Positions 23,507 to 34,337 of a stretch of DNA of 43,059 bases are shown here, one piece after another. Origin of the DNA: Hyphomonas sp. (GTDB taxonomy: Bacteria; Pseudomonadota; Alphaproteobacteria; Caulobacterales; Hyphomonadaceae). The stretch covers positions 1 through 43,059 of the forward strand of contig JBGTKN010000069.1 in the NCBI GenBank assembly GCA_041744615.1. Reading direction: 5' to 3'. A program made the translations under genes and the position numbers. Under the pieces are notes generated by a model, which had not been told where the DNA came from, did no database searches, and saw only the letters and a list, made by a program, of their open reading frames with translations. Each line of letters begins with the position of its first letter. Position 1 is the stretch's first letter.

Positions 23507-23818
23507 TCAGCCTTTCATCAGATCGACATTCTCAACCGAGATGTCGCGGCGGTTCCGGAAATAGACGACGAGGATGGCAAGCCCGACTGCCGCTTCGGCG
23601 GCTGCCACGGTAAGCACCAGCATCGCAAAGATCTGTCCCTCGATCGTGCCCGTGAACACCGAGAACGCGACGAGGTTGATGTTCACCGACAGGAGGATCA
23701 GCTCGAGCGCCATCAGAATGACGATCACGTTCTTGCGGTTCACGAAGATGCCGACCACGCCGATTGTGAACAGCGCCGCCGAGACGATCAGGAAATGCAG
23801 GATGCCCAGTTCGGTCAT
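23507..23818 (-). CDS. nuoK: NADH-quinone oxidoreductase subunit K
   Basis: LMALELIL and [12 protein letters not shown]; start reassigned to ATG 23818. Confidence 0.96.
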   Translation of the reverse strand: MTELGILHFLIVSAALFTIGVVGIFVNRKNVIVILMALELILLSVNINLVAFSVFTGTIEGQIFAMLVLTVAAAEAAVGLAILVVYFRNRRDISVENVDLMKG

Positions 23819-23819
23819 G

Positions 23820-24413
23820 TCAGATGCCCTGCCCCGGAGTCGGGTCCTTGAGTTCGGTGGCGTCCACGCGGCGGCGTCCGGTTTGCTTGCCGACATCCTG
23901 GCGTTTCACATCGGGGCGATGCCGGAGCGTCAGCACGATGGCACCGATCATCGCGACCAGCAGGATCACGCCGGCCAGCTGGAACAGCAGTAAGTACTGC
24001 GTGTACATGACGGCCCCGATCGCTTCCGCGTTGGTCTCGGCGCCCGGTGACGGATCAAACCCGTCAAAGTTCAGCGACCCACTCGCAGCCCAGACAAGTG
24101 CCAGTTCGGCCACGAGGATCAGGCCTATGAGCAACGCAAACGGCCAATAGCCGAGGCTGCCCTGCTTCAGCTCGACGAAGTCGACATCCAGCATCATCAC
24201 GACAAAGAGGAACAGGACCGCGACCGCGCCGACATAGACGACGATCAGCAGCATTGCGAGGAACTCGGCGCCGATAAGCACCATCAAGCCGGCCGACGAG
24301 AAAAAGGCGAGGATCAGCCACAGCACCGAGTGCACGGGATTGCGCGCCGCAATCACGAACAAGGCCGACAGGATCACGATTGCCGCGATCAATCCAAATG
24401 CGATCAGTGCCAA
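23820..24413 (-). CDS. nuoJ: NADH-quinone oxidoreductase subunit J
   Basis: NPVHSVLWL and [17 protein letters not shown]; TTG start. Confidence 0.95.
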   Translation of the reverse strand: MALIAFGLIAAIVILSALFVIAARNPVHSVLWLILAFFSSAGLMVLIGAEFLAMLLIVVYVGAVAVLFLFVVMMLDVDFVELKQGSLGYWPFALLIGLILVAELALVWAASGSLNFDGFDPSPGAETNAEAIGAVMYTQYLLLFQLAGVILLVAMIGAIVLTLRHRPDVKRQDVGKQTGRRRVDATELKDPTPGQGI

Positions 24414-24482
24414 TGCCTTCTCGCCCCTTTTCTGTTCCGGTGAAGCCCCTGCCCGCCGGTCTGCGTTACTAGTTTAGGCCCG

Positions 24483-24968
24483 CTACCGGTACGGAGCGTC
24501 CAGCTCGAGATTCTTGGCAATCAACCGTTCCCAGCGATCGCCGTTCGCAAGGAGTCGTTCCTTGTCGTAGAAGAGTTCTTCGCGCGTCTCGGTCGCGAAC
24601 TCGAAATTCGGCCCCTCAACGATGGCGTCGACCGGACAGGCTTCCTGGCAGAAGCCGCAATAGATACACTTCACCATATCGATGTCGTAGCGTGTCGTGC
24701 GGCGCGCACCGTCTTCGCGCGGTTCGGCTTCGATGGTGATTGCCTGCGCCGGACAAATCGCCTCGCACAGCTTGCACGCGATGCAGCGTTCCTCACCGCT
24801 CGGATAGCGGCGCAGCGCGTGTTCACCCCGAAAACGCGGCGATAAGGGGTTTTTCTCGAAAGGATAGTTCACGGTCGGCTTGCGGCGGAACATTTCCAGC
24901 GTGGCCACCCAGAAGGCGCCGAGGAAATCTGTCAGAAGGGCGCCGCGAAGGGTCTGCGCGAGACTCAT
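24483..24968 (-). CDS. nuoI: NADH-quinone oxidoreductase subunit I
   Basis: Two CxxCxxCxxxCP motifs; start reassigned to ATG 24968. Confidence 0.97.
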   Translation of the reverse strand: MSLAQTLRGALLTDFLGAFWVATLEMFRRKPTVNYPFEKNPLSPRFRGEHALRRYPSGEERCIACKLCEAICPAQAITIEAEPREDGARRTTRYDIDMVKCIYCGFCQEACPVDAIVEGPNFEFATETREELFYDKERLLANGDRWERLIAKNLELDAPYR

Positions 24969-26059
24969 GACTGCACTCCGAAATAGGTGACATAGCCGGC
25001 AACCACCAGAACGGCCCCGAGCGAGGTCGGCAGGAAAATCTTCCATCCGAGGCGCATCAGCTGGTCATACCGGTAGCGCGGCACGATCGCCTTCACCATC
25101 GCGAAGAGGAAGAACAGGAACAGTATCTTCAGCATGAACCAGAACAGGCCAGCGAGGCTGATCAGGAGCGGCGGCATCGAGTCCGCAATGTTCGATCCGA
25201 TAGCCACCGGACCGTGCCAGCCGCCCAGGAAGAGGATCGTCATCATCGCGCACATCAGCACGATGTTGAGATACTCGCCGAGCATGAAGAGCAGGTATGG
25301 TGTCGAGCCGTACTCGACCTGGTAACCGGCAACGAGTTCGGATTCCGCTTCCGGCAGGTCAAACGGAGGCCGGTTGGTTTCTGCCAGCGCCGAGATGAAG
25401 AAAATCACAAACATGGGGAACATCACGACGATCAGCGGGAAGTTCTGAAAGCTGAATGCATGCCAGTTCTGGAGCCCGCCGGCCTGGTTGTTGACGATGT
25501 CGCTGAGGTTCATCGAGCCGACCATGAGGATGACGGTGATGATCACGAAGCCGATGGAGACCTCGTAGGACACCATCTGCGCCGCTGACCGCAACGCGCC
25601 GAGGAAGGGGTATTTCGAGTTCGAGGCCCAGCCACCCATGATGATGCCATAGACGCCTAGCGAACTGATCGCGAAGAGGTAGAGGATTCCGACATTCAGG
25701 TCGGAAATCACCCAACTTGTTCCGCTTTCGGTGCCCGGCGCGACGGGAATCGCCGCCCAGGCTGCAAAGGCGAGCGTACAGGTCAGGATCGGCGCGAAGA
25801 TGAAAACGAACTTGTTGGCGCCCGCCGGAATGACGATTTCCTTGAGCAGGAACTTGCCGAAATCCGCGAAGGACTGGAGCAGGCCGAAAGGGCCGACCAC
25901 GTTGGGGCCCTTGCGCATCATCACGCCGGCCCAGATCTTCCGGTCCAGCAACAGCAGAAACGCAATCGAAAGGAGCAGCACAAGTGTGAAAAGCCCGATC
26001 TGGCCGAGCACCAGAAGCGGCCCCCAGAGGCTCCCCAAAGACTCGATTGCATTACTCAT
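24965..26059 (-). CDS. nuoH: NADH-quinone oxidoreductase subunit H
   Basis: [34 protein letters not shown] and PRYRYDQL. Confidence 0.97.
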   Translation of the reverse strand: MSNAIESLGSLWGPLLVLGQIGLFTLVLLLSIAFLLLLDRKIWAGVMMRKGPNVVGPFGLLQSFADFGKFLLKEIVIPAGANKFVFIFAPILTCTLAFAAWAAIPVAPGTESGTSWVISDLNVGILYLFAISSLGVYGIIMGGWASNSKYPFLGALRSAAQMVSYEVSIGFVIITVILMVGSMNLSDIVNNQAGGLQNWHAFSFQNFPLIVVMFPMFVIFFISALAETNRPPFDLPEAESELVAGYQVEYGSTPYLLFMLGEYLNIVLMCAMMTILFLGGWHGPVAIGSNIADSMPPLLISLAGLFWFMLKILFLFFLFAMVKAIVPRYRYDQLMRLGWKIFLPTSLGAVLVVAGYVTYFGVQS

Positions 26060-26068
26060 GGCGCCGCC

Positions 26069-28159
26069 CTACTCCGCTGCTATCGCGGTGTCTAGGCTGG
26101 TCGCCAGCGCTGAACACTCGGCCATTGTGCGGGACGCACGGGCGATCGGATTCGTCAGGTAAAAGTCTGAAATCGCAGGCGCGAAAGCCTCACTGCTGAG
26201 CGCGCCGTCCGCTGCCGCAACCGAAGCCAGAAGCGCCGCAACACCATTTGCGCCCGGTGCGTACCCGCGGCCGGAGAAGGGCGTGTGTTCACCCACTTTG
26301 CCGCGCAATACCGCGCGCAGATCATCGGCTGTGTCATACGGGAGCACTTGGCCGATCAGTCCGGACAGGGCACGAAAGATTGCCCAACCCTCGCGCGCTT
26401 CGCCCTTTGGCTGAACCGCCCGCGTCGTCATCTGAACCCGGCCTTCGGTGTTCACGTACGTCGCCGTGATTTCGCTGTAGGCCGCGCACGGCAATACGAT
26501 GTCCGCCCGCGCGGCGCCAGCATCGCCATGAGAGCCAACATAAACCACCTTGGCCGCGCCGAGTTGCGACAGGTCGACTTCGTCGGCTCCTAGCAGCACG
26601 ACCGTCTTCAGGCCGCCGCCGAGAATTTCCCTGGTCGCTTTGCCGCCCTCAGCCGGTACGAAGCCGGTATCGAGCGCGCCGACCCGGCCCGCCGCCGTAT
26701 GCAGCATGCCGAATCCGGCCCAGCCTTCGGCGACCGCACTGATCTCCTGCGCCATAGCGCGCGCCACAGCGAGGATCGCCGCGCCGTCGCTGCGGCACGC
26801 AGCCGCCTCGCCCACCACAATCATCGGTCGCTTCGCGCCCTCAAAGAATTCGCGTACTGCAGCGCCGCTCAGCGCGTCGGCGCCAGTTCCAAGGTGCGTG
26901 TACGGATAGGTCAGGTCGGCGACTTCACCGATCACGGCGACCTTCAGATTGCCCCAAAGCCAGGACTTTCGGATGCGCGCGTTCCAGACAGCCGCCTCGA
27001 CGCGCGGATTGGCGCCGATCAGCAGCAGCGCGTCGGAGTCTTCGACGCCCATGAAGGTCGGGTTGAGCAGATAATGCTCGCGCACGCCGCTGGTGCCGTA
27101 CTGCGCGCCTGCGGGACGGCAGTCGGTATTCTTGACACCGAGCCCCCGAAAGAAATCGAGTGCTGCTTTCGCTTGCTCCACTTCGACCAGATCGCCGGCG
27201 ATGACGCCGATCTGATCGGCGCCGGCTGAAAGTGCATCTTTCACGGCGTCCAGTGCTTCTGGCCAGGAAACCGCCTGCAGTTTGCCGTTCTGGCGCAGGT
27301 AGGGCCGATCAAGGCGCTGACGGGCGAGGCCGTCCCAGACGAAGCGGGACTTGTCCGACAGCCACTCCTCGTTGATCTCCTCATTCGTTTCCGGAAGGAT
27401 GCGCATCACCGCTGGGCCCTTGGCGTCGATCCGGATCGCCGAACCCATCGCATCCATTACGTCGATCGAGGAGGTCTTGCGCAGCTCCCAGGGGCGCGCA
27501 TTGAAGGCGTAAGGTTTCGAGGTCAGCGCACCGACCGGACACAGATCGATTACGTTGCCGGACAGTTCCGACGTCAGAGACTTTTCCAGATAGGTCGTTA
27601 TCTCGGCGCTCTCGCCGCGCGAGATCATGCCGATCTCCTCGACGCCCGCCACTTCGGCCACGAAACGCACGCAGCGCGTGCACTGGATGCAGCGCGTCAT
27701 GATCGTCTTGACCAACGGGCCCATGTACTTGTCTTCGACCGCACGCTTGTTCTCGTCATAGCGGCTGTCGGAACGGCCATAGGCCACTGCCTGGTCTTGC
27801 AGGTCACACTCGCCGCCCTGGTCGCAGATCGGGCAATCCAGCGGGTGGTTGATCAGCAGGAATTCCATGACTCCGTTGCGCGCCTTCTCGACATAGGCGC
27901 CCTTGGTGCGGATCACCGGGGGCGAGCCGTCCCGGTTCGGACGAAGATCGCCAACGATCTGCGCGCAGGAGGCCAGCGGCTTCGGCGCGCCTTCCCACTC
28001 GACGAGGCACATGCGGCAATTACCGGCCACCGACAGGCGTTCATGATAGCAGAAGCGCGGAATCTCCGCGCCGACTTCCTCGCACGCCTGCATCAGCGTG
28101 TAAGCTTTCGGCACTTCGACTTCAACGCCGTCGATATTGAGCTTGAACGTGTCTGACAT
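26069..28159 (-). CDS. nuoG: NADH-quinone oxidoreductase subunit G
   Basis: IPRFCYH, CRMC, HPLDCPICDQGGEC, CIQCTRC and CPVGAL. Confidence 0.97.
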   Translation of the reverse strand: MSDTFKLNIDGVEVEVPKAYTLMQACEEVGAEIPRFCYHERLSVAGNCRMCLVEWEGAPKPLASCAQIVGDLRPNRDGSPPVIRTKGAYVEKARNGVMEFLLINHPLDCPICDQGGECDLQDQAVAYGRSDSRYDENKRAVEDKYMGPLVKTIMTRCIQCTRCVRFVAEVAGVEEIGMISRGESAEITTYLEKSLTSELSGNVIDLCPVGALTSKPYAFNARPWELRKTSSIDVMDAMGSAIRIDAKGPAVMRILPETNEEINEEWLSDKSRFVWDGLARQRLDRPYLRQNGKLQAVSWPEALDAVKDALSAGADQIGVIAGDLVEVEQAKAALDFFRGLGVKNTDCRPAGAQYGTSGVREHYLLNPTFMGVEDSDALLLIGANPRVEAAVWNARIRKSWLWGNLKVAVIGEVADLTYPYTHLGTGADALSGAAVREFFEGAKRPMIVVGEAAACRSDGAAILAVARAMAQEISAVAEGWAGFGMLHTAAGRVGALDTGFVPAEGGKATREILGGGLKTVVLLGADEVDLSQLGAAKVVYVGSHGDAGAARADIVLPCAAYSEITATYVNTEGRVQMTTRAVQPKGEAREGWAIFRALSGLIGQVLPYDTADDLRAVLRGKVGEHTPFSGRGYAPGANGVAALLASVAAADGALSSEAFAPAISDFYLTNPIARASRTMAECSALATSLDTAIAAE

Positions 28160-28163
28160 GGCC

Positions 28164-29468
28164 CTACTCCGCCGCGATCACGGCGCCCTGAACGAGGGCG
28201 CGCGGCTGCCGGTAGCGATTGATGCGTTCTTCGATCTCGTGGCGGAAGTGGCGGATCAGGCCCTGGATCGGCCAGGCCGCCGCATCGCCGAGCGCGCAGA
28301 TCGTGTGCCCTTCGACCTGCTTGGTCACGTCCAGCAACGTGTCGATCTCGTCATGCGTAGCCTCGCCGCGCACCATGCGTTCCATCACGCGCCACATCCA
28401 GCCGGTGCCTTCGCGGCACGGCGTGCACTGGCCGCAGCTCTCGTGCTTGTAGAAATAGGCAAGCCGCGCGATCGCCTTGATCAGATCGGTCTGCTTGTCC
28501 ATCACGATAATCGCCGCCGTGCCGAGACCTGACTTGAGGTCGCGCAGCGTGTCAAAGTCCATGTAGGCGTCCATGATCTGCTCGGCCGGCACCATAGGCA
28601 CCGACGAACCGCCCGGGATCACGGCTTTCAGGTTTTCCCAGCCGCCACGAATTCCGCCACAATGCGTTTCGATCAGTTCACGGAACGTGATCGACATCTC
28701 TTCTTCAACATTGCACGGCTTGTTGACGTGCCCGGAAATGCAGAACAGCTTGGTTCCCGAATTGTTCGGACGGCCAAACCCGGCAAACCATTGCGCGCCC
28801 CGGCGCAGGATCGTCGGCACAACCGCGATCGACTCGACATTGTTCACCGTCGTCGGGCAGCCATAGAGGCCCGCATTCGCCGGGAAAGGCGGCTTCAGGC
28901 GCGGCTGGCCTTTCTTGCCCTCAAGACTTTCGAGCAGCGCAGTCTCCTCGCCGCAGATATAGGCGCCGGCGCCGTGGTGGACGTAAAGGTCAAAGTCCCA
29001 GCCGTTGAGATTGTTGGCTCCAATCAGGCGCGCCTCATAGGCTTCCTTGACCGCCTTCTCGAGCGCATGGCGCTCTGCGATGTATTCACCGCGGATGTAG
29101 ACATAGCATTTGTGGGCGCGCATCGCGCGGCTCGCCACCATGCAGCCTTCAATCAGCAGATGAGGATCATGCCGCATGATCTCGCGGTCCTTGCACGTGC
29201 CGGGCTCAGACTCGTCGGCGTTGACGACGAGATAGTGCGGCCGGTCGCGCACTTCCTTCGGCATGAACGTCCACTTCAGGCCGGTTGGAAACCCTGCTCC
29301 GCCGCGCCCGCGCAGGCCAGAGGCCTTGATCTGGTCACACAGCCAGTCCGGCCCGAGATCGAGCATTTCTTTCGTCAGGTGCCACGCACCGCGCTTCTTG
29401 GCGGCTTCGAGGTCCGGCGAGTGCAGTCCGTAGAGGTTCGTAAAGATGCGATCCTTGTCCTGCAGCAT
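28164..29468 (-). CDS. nuoF: NADH-quinone oxidoreductase subunit F
   Basis: [28 protein letters not shown] and [10 protein letters not shown]. Confidence 0.98.
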   Translation of the reverse strand: MLQDKDRIFTNLYGLHSPDLEAAKKRGAWHLTKEMLDLGPDWLCDQIKASGLRGRGGAGFPTGLKWTFMPKEVRDRPHYLVVNADESEPGTCKDREIMRHDPHLLIEGCMVASRAMRAHKCYVYIRGEYIAERHALEKAVKEAYEARLIGANNLNGWDFDLYVHHGAGAYICGEETALLESLEGKKGQPRLKPPFPANAGLYGCPTTVNNVESIAVVPTILRRGAQWFAGFGRPNNSGTKLFCISGHVNKPCNVEEEMSITFRELIETHCGGIRGGWENLKAVIPGGSSVPMVPAEQIMDAYMDFDTLRDLKSGLGTAAIIVMDKQTDLIKAIARLAYFYKHESCGQCTPCREGTGWMWRVMERMVRGEATHDEIDTLLDVTKQVEGHTICALGDAAAWPIQGLIRHFRHEIEERINRYRQPRALVQGAVIAAE

Positions 29469-30490
29469 CAGTCTTTCCCCCGGCCATAGTCGCGGTCGTG
29501 TTCATCGAATTTTCCGTCCGCCAACAGCTGAGCCTGAGCGACCCATTTCTCACGGTCGATCCGGTCGTTGAAGTCGAGCAGTTTCTCGACCTCATCGACC
29601 TTTTCCTGGCTCCATGCAGCAATGTGCGCATACTGAGTAACGCCCATGTCATTCAGAAGCTGCTCGTATTTCGGTCCCACACCATTGATCCGCTTCAAGT
29701 CGTCAAACGTGCTTGCGCGCGCGTCTTCAGCTTTCTCCGGCTCCGTGTTTTCGTTCACCTCGGCGGGCTCTTCGCGGTGCACGTTCGTCGGCCCTTTTAC
29801 GTCCGGACGGCCAGTCGCCTCAGGTGTCGGCTCTGGCGGCTTCGGCAAGTTCGGCAGCAACGACATCCTGTTGCGACTTCCGTCGAACAGGCCCGGCTCG
29901 GTCAGAACCGCCGTGCCGCCTTCGGGCGCGCTGTTGACGCGGTCAATCTGCGGACCGGGCGTCACATCTGCGCCATTACGCAGACGGGCGAGAATGGACG
30001 CGAGCGTCTCCGGCGTCAGGTCCTCGAAATAGTCGTCGTTGATCTGAACCATCGGCGCATTCACGCAGGCGCCGAGACACTCGACCTCTTCCCAGGACAG
30101 ACGCTGGTCATCGGTGACGTACATAGGCTTGCCGATTTCTTTCGTGCAAACGTCCTTCAGCGCTTCGGCGCCGCGCAGCTGGCACGGCGTCGTGCCGCAA
30201 AGCTGGACGTGGAACTTTCCGACCGGCTGCAGCCGGAACATCGTGTAAAAGGTCGCCACCTCGTAGACGCGAATGTAGGGCATCTCGAGCCTGTCGGCGA
30301 CTTCACGCATGGCCGGCTCGGACAGCCAGCCATTGTTGTCCTTCTGGGCAAGCCAGAGCAACGGGATCACCGCCGAGCGTTGCTTGTCGGCAGGATACTT
30401 CCCGCGCCAGAACGCAATCTTCTCTTCTGTCTCGGACTTGAAAGCGAAACTGTTGCCGCCCGCTTCAAGGTCAAACCGGCGCAAGGCCAT
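29468..30490 (-). CDS. nuoE: NADH-quinone oxidoreductase subunit E with a C-terminal HhH-like extension
   Basis: EVATFY, CGTTPC and ECLGAC, followed by a Pro/Glu-rich linker and a [12 protein letters not shown] domain. Confidence 0.96.
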   Translation of the reverse strand: MALRRFDLEAGGNSFAFKSETEEKIAFWRGKYPADKQRSAVIPLLWLAQKDNNGWLSEPAMREVADRLEMPYIRVYEVATFYTMFRLQPVGKFHVQLCGTTPCQLRGAEALKDVCTKEIGKPMYVTDDQRLSWEEVECLGACVNAPMVQINDDYFEDLTPETLASILARLRNGADVTPGPQIDRVNSAPEGGTAVLTEPGLFDGSRNRMSLLPNLPKPPEPTPEATGRPDVKGPTNVHREEPAEVNENTEPEKAEDARASTFDDLKRINGVGPKYEQLLNDMGVTQYAHIAAWSQEKVDEVEKLLDFNDRIDREKWVAQAQLLADGKFDEHDRDYGRGKD

Positions 30491-30943
30491 CTATCGCTCC
30501 TTTGGCGCGGGCACGGTCACGCGCCCCGCCTCGTCAATTGGCCAGAACGGATTGTAGGCGACTTCCCAGGCGTTGCCTTCCGGGTCCGCAAAGTAACCCG
30601 AATATCCGCCCCAGTAAGTCTTGTGCGGCGCCTTCGGAATGCGCACGCCGGCCTTGCCAAGCCGGTCGAAAATGGCATCGACCTCCTCAACAGAGCGCGC
30701 ATTGAACGCAATCGCGAAGCCCTTGAATTCACCCTTCCGGTCATCGGCTACCCCAGCGTCGTTCGCCAGTTTGGTCTCGTCCCAGAGGCCGAGCGCCATG
30801 CCGCCCGCATTGAAGAACGCAACCTCGCCCTTCACGCCCCGGTCCTCGAAACCGAGAACCTCCGTGTAGAAACGAACCATCCCGGCAAGGTCCTTGACCC
30901 CGACTGTTACGATCGAGACGCGCTGCTCCGGAAGCACGGCCAT
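30491..30943 (-). CDS. VOC/glyoxalase-family protein
   Basis: VTVGVKDL...RFY..VLGF and WGGYSGYFADPEGNAWEV; coupled to both neighbours. Confidence 0.88.
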   Translation of the reverse strand: MAVLPEQRVSIVTVGVKDLAGMVRFYTEVLGFEDRGVKGEVAFFNAGGMALGLWDETKLANDAGVADDRKGEFKGFAIAFNARSVEEVDAIFDRLGKAGVRIPKAPHKTYWGGYSGYFADPEGNAWEVAYNPFWPIDEAGRVTVPAPKER

Positions 30944-31290
30944 CAGACAGCCCCCGCCCGCGCAAAATCCACGCGGATGATCTTGCCGTCCTTCAGCGTG
31001 TAGATCGCCGCCACTTCAAATCTTTCGCCGCCCGGCGCGCGCTCCACCCGCTCGTGATCGATCACGGTTGTCCCGAGATCGATACGGTTGGCCAGTTTCG
31101 CGTGGTTCTTGGGGAACTCATAGAACAGTTCCTCATGCCGTTTGCGGATCGCCGCGATCCCGCGGTGCGTGACCTCGCCGTTGAGGCCCGCCAGCACGGC
31201 ATCCTCGGCATAGCAGGCCAAGAAGGCTTCGATATTCTGGTTGTTGTAGGCGTCTAGCTGTTTCTGGACGAGTTCTGCAGAGGCGCTCAC
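30943..31290 (-). CDS. SnoaL/NTF2-like protein
   Basis: [26 protein letters not shown] and [10 protein letters not shown]; GTG start overlaps the nuoD TGA. Confidence 0.85.
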   Translation of the reverse strand: MSASAELVQKQLDAYNNQNIEAFLACYAEDAVLAGLNGEVTHRGIAAIRKRHEELFYEFPKNHAKLANRIDLGTTVIDHERVERAPGGERFEVAAIYTLKDGKIIRVDFARAGAV

Positions 31291-32492
31291 CGGTCAACCT
31301 CCCCGAACACGATGTCGAGCGACCCCAGGATCGCGGACACGTCGGCCAACATGTGACCTTTGGAGAGATGGTCCATCGCCTGCAGGTGCGGATAGCCCGG
31401 CGCGCGGATCTTGGCGCGGTACGGACGGTTCGTGCCATCGGCCACGAGGTAGACCCCAAACTCACCCTTGGGCGCTTCAATGGCTGCGTAGCACTCGCCT
31501 GCCGGAACGTGGAAACCTTCCGTGTACAGCTTGAAGTGATGGATCAGCGCTTCCATCGAATTTTTCATTTCGGCGCGGCGCGGCGGGGCCAGCTTGCTGC
31601 CCGCGACGAGAACCGGACCCGGTCCTTCCTTCACCAGCAAGGCAATGCACTGCTGGATGATCTTGGTCGACTCTTTCATCTCTTCCATGCGGCAGACATA
31701 GCGGTCGTAATTGTCGCCGTGCACGCCGACCGGAACCTTGAAGTCGAGCTCCGAATAGCATTCGTAGGGCTGCGAGCGGCGCAGGTCCCAGGCGAGCCCG
31801 GTGCCGCGTACCATCACGCCCGAGAAGCCCCAATCCATGATCGTGCGCTGATCGACCACGCCGATATCGACATTACGCTGCTTGAAGATGCGGTTCTCGG
31901 TTATCAGGTCCTCGATGCGGGCCATCTTCTCCGGGAACTGCTCGCACCATGCGGCAATATCGTCGATCAGCTTCTGCGGAAGATCCTGGTGAACGCCGCC
32001 GGGACGGAAATAGGCTGCATGCATTCGGCTGCCGGACGCGCGCTCATAGAACACGCACAGTTTTTCGCGTTCCTCGAAGCCCCAGGTGATCGGAGTCAGG
32101 GCGCCGCAATCCATTGCCTGCGTCGTCACGTTGAGGATGTGCGACATGATCCGGCCGATTTCCGAATACATCACGCGGATCAGACTGGCGCGGCGGGGAA
32201 CGTCCACGCCAAGCATCTTCTCAATCGCGAGGCACCAGGCATGCTCCTGGTTCATTGGCGAACAATAATCGAGCCGGTCGAAGTAAGGCAGGCCCTGAAG
32301 ATAGGTCTTGTACTCGAGCAGCTTCTCGGTGCCACGGTGTAACAGGCCGATATGGCTGTCGATCCGGGTCACGACTTCGCCGTCGAGGTCCATGATCATC
32401 CGAAGCACGCCGTGCGCCGCCGGATGTTGAGGCCCAAAGTTCAGCGTGAACTTGCGGTCGTCCTGTTCGAGAAGGTGGGCTGTGTCGGCCAT
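31287..32492 (-). CDS. nuoD: NADH-quinone oxidoreductase subunit D
   Basis: [33 protein letters not shown] and FGEVDR. ATG 32492 follows GGAGG. Confidence 0.97.
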   Translation of the reverse strand: MADTAHLLEQDDRKFTLNFGPQHPAAHGVLRMIMDLDGEVVTRIDSHIGLLHRGTEKLLEYKTYLQGLPYFDRLDYCSPMNQEHAWCLAIEKMLGVDVPRRASLIRVMYSEIGRIMSHILNVTTQAMDCGALTPITWGFEEREKLCVFYERASGSRMHAAYFRPGGVHQDLPQKLIDDIAAWCEQFPEKMARIEDLITENRIFKQRNVDIGVVDQRTIMDWGFSGVMVRGTGLAWDLRRSQPYECYSELDFKVPVGVHGDNYDRYVCRMEEMKESTKIIQQCIALLVKEGPGPVLVAGSKLAPPRRAEMKNSMEALIHHFKLYTEGFHVPAGECYAAIEAPKGEFGVYLVADGTNRPYRAKIRAPGYPHLQAMDHLSKGHMLADVSAILGSLDIVFGEVDR

Positions 32493-32496
32493 AATG

Positions 32497-33117
32497 TCAG
32501 GCGCCTCCGCCGGCTTTTTCGTCACCCGGGATTTCGGACGTCATTCCTTCCCAGGGCGAAAGGAAATCGAAGTTCCGGTATTCCTGAACCAGCTTGACCG
32601 GCTCGTAGATCACGCGTTTCTCGAGGTCGTCATAGCGAACTTCGTAATTGCCGGTCAGCGGGAAATCTTTGCGCAGCGGGAAGCCCTCGAAGCCGTAGTC
32701 CGTGAGGATGCGGCGCAGGTCCGGATGGTCGGAGAACTGTATACCATACATGTCGAACGCCTCGCGCTCGAACCAGTTCGCCGCCGGCCAGATCGGCACG
32801 CTGCTGGCCACGGGCGTCTCCTCATCGGTGCGGACGCGGATGCGCACGCGGTGGTTCATCCGCATGGAGAGCAGATGGTAGACGACCTCGAACCGCTCAT
32901 TGCGTTCAGGATAGTCGACGCCGCAGATGTCGATCAGCGTCTCGAAATTGCACTGCTGGTCGTCGCGCAAGAAGCGCAGCAGCGGCAGGATATGGTCCCG
33001 CTCGGCCAACACCGTCAGTTCGCCCACGACGATCTGCGTCGAGCGCACGGCGTCCGGCATCCGGGTTTCAATGTGGGCCGCGAGGTCGACCAGGTTCTCG
33101 GTGTTTATGTTGGCCAT
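32497..33117 (-). CDS. nuoC: NADH-quinone oxidoreductase subunit C
   Basis: [19 protein letters not shown] and PLRKDFP; start reassigned to ATG 33117. Confidence 0.96.
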   Translation of the reverse strand: MANINTENLVDLAAHIETRMPDAVRSTQIVVGELTVLAERDHILPLLRFLRDDQQCNFETLIDICGVDYPERNERFEVVYHLLSMRMNHRVRIRVRTDEETPVASSVPIWPAANWFEREAFDMYGIQFSDHPDLRRILTDYGFEGFPLRKDFPLTGNYEVRYDDLEKRVIYEPVKLVQEYRNFDFLSPWEGMTSEIPGDEKAGGGA

Positions 33118-33118
33118 C

Positions 33119-33691
33119 TCAACGCTCGATCGAGCCTTCGCGGCGGATCTTCTTCTGCAGTTGCAGGAAGCCGTACACGAGCGCTTCAGCGGTGGGCGGA
33201 CAGCCGGGAATGTAGATGTCGACCGGCACGATCCGGTCGCAGCCGCGCACCACGCTGTAGCTGTAATGATAATAGCCGCCGCCATTGGCACACGAGCCCA
33301 TGGAGATCACGTAGCGCGGCTCCGGCATCTGATCGTAGACCTTACGCAGCGCCGGGGCCATCTTGTTGGTCAGCGTGCCGGCGACGATCATCACGTCCGA
33401 CTGGCGCGGCGAACCGCGCGGCGCCATGCCGAACCGCTCAAGGTCATAGCGCGGGTTGCCCGCATGCATCATCTCGACCGCGCAGCAGGCAAGACCGAAC
33501 GTCATCCACATCAGCGAACCGGTGCGCGCCCAGGTAATGAGGTCGTCGGCAGCGGCGGTGAAATAGCCCTTGTCGGCGAGTTCGTCCGAAAGCCCCTTGT
33601 AGAAAGGATCGTCGCTGCCCGGCTTGTAGCCTTCGCCCGCGTCACGGGCGCCGCTCAGGGCGTAGGGTTTGTGCGAGGAGTCGGACATCAT
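33119..33691 (-). CDS. nuoB: NADH-quinone oxidoreductase subunit B
   Basis: [21 protein letters not shown] and IPGCPP. Start is ATG 33691 or 33688. Confidence 0.97.
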   Translation of the reverse strand: MMSDSSHKPYALSGARDAGEGYKPGSDDPFYKGLSDELADKGYFTAAADDLITWARTGSLMWMTFGLACCAVEMMHAGNPRYDLERFGMAPRGSPRQSDVMIVAGTLTNKMAPALRKVYDQMPEPRYVISMGSCANGGGYYHYSYSVVRGCDRIVPVDIYIPGCPPTAEALVYGFLQLQKKIRREGSIER

Positions 33692-34062
33692 TCCCACTCC
33701 AGCGCACCGCGGCGCCACTCATAGATGAAACCGATTGTCAGTACGCCCAGGAACCCGACCATCGACCAGAAGCCGAGAACGCCGATCTCGCCCAGACTGA
33801 CCGCCCAGGGGAAAAGGAAGGCCACCTCAAGGTCGAAAATGATGAACAGGATGGCGACCAGATAGAAGCGAACATCGAACTTCATCCGCGCGTCGCCGAA
33901 AGCGGGAAAGCCGCATTCATAGGCCGAATTCTTCTCGGGATCAGGTTTCGACGGCGCCAGCAGCGCCGATCCCAGCACGAACAGGCCGGAAATGACGAGA
34001 CCAATCACAATGAAAAAAATGACCGGCAGATAATCCAGTGCCAGACGTTCGACTTCGGACAT
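33688..34062 (-). CDS. nuoA: NADH-quinone oxidoreductase subunit A
   Basis: YECGF, FIIFDLE and GALEWE; ATG 34062 follows GGAGG. Confidence 0.96.
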   Translation of the reverse strand: MSEVERLALDYLPVIFFIVIGLVISGLFVLGSALLAPSKPDPEKNSAYECGFPAFGDARMKFDVRFYLVAILFIIFDLEVAFLFPWAVSLGEIGVLGFWSMVGFLGVLTIGFIYEWRRGALEWE

Positions 34063-34158
34063 GATTGGTACCTCCAGGTACAGAGCCAACGGCCGCCCGA
34101 TTAGGACGGTTTTCGCATGTGCGCAACACGAACTGGCGCACCGACTCCGGACTTTCGC

Positions 34159-34164
34159 AGTATA
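34159..34164 (-). promoter_or_regulatory. Putative -10 element (TATACT) of the nuo operon promoter
   Basis: Near-consensus hexamer about 100 nt upstream of nuoA; no convincing -35 at canonical spacing. Confidence 0.4.
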
Positions 34165-34337
34165 CCTGCCCCCGGCTTCAATTCACGAGCGATCCCCTGC
34201 GGCGGTGCGTCACGCATAAGCACCTATCGGGCGTGCAATAGGATATTCGGCGTGGCTGAAAAACGTCCGGAAACAAGGTCACGCCCGCCCGAATAATTTT
34301 CCTGCGAACGCCTCGCATCGCGGGGCGAGACAGCGCG

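Noticed and set aside
24414-24482. 69-bp gap between nuoI and nuoJ as an internal promoter or terminator
   Set aside because: No convincing stem with U-tract or promoter elements.
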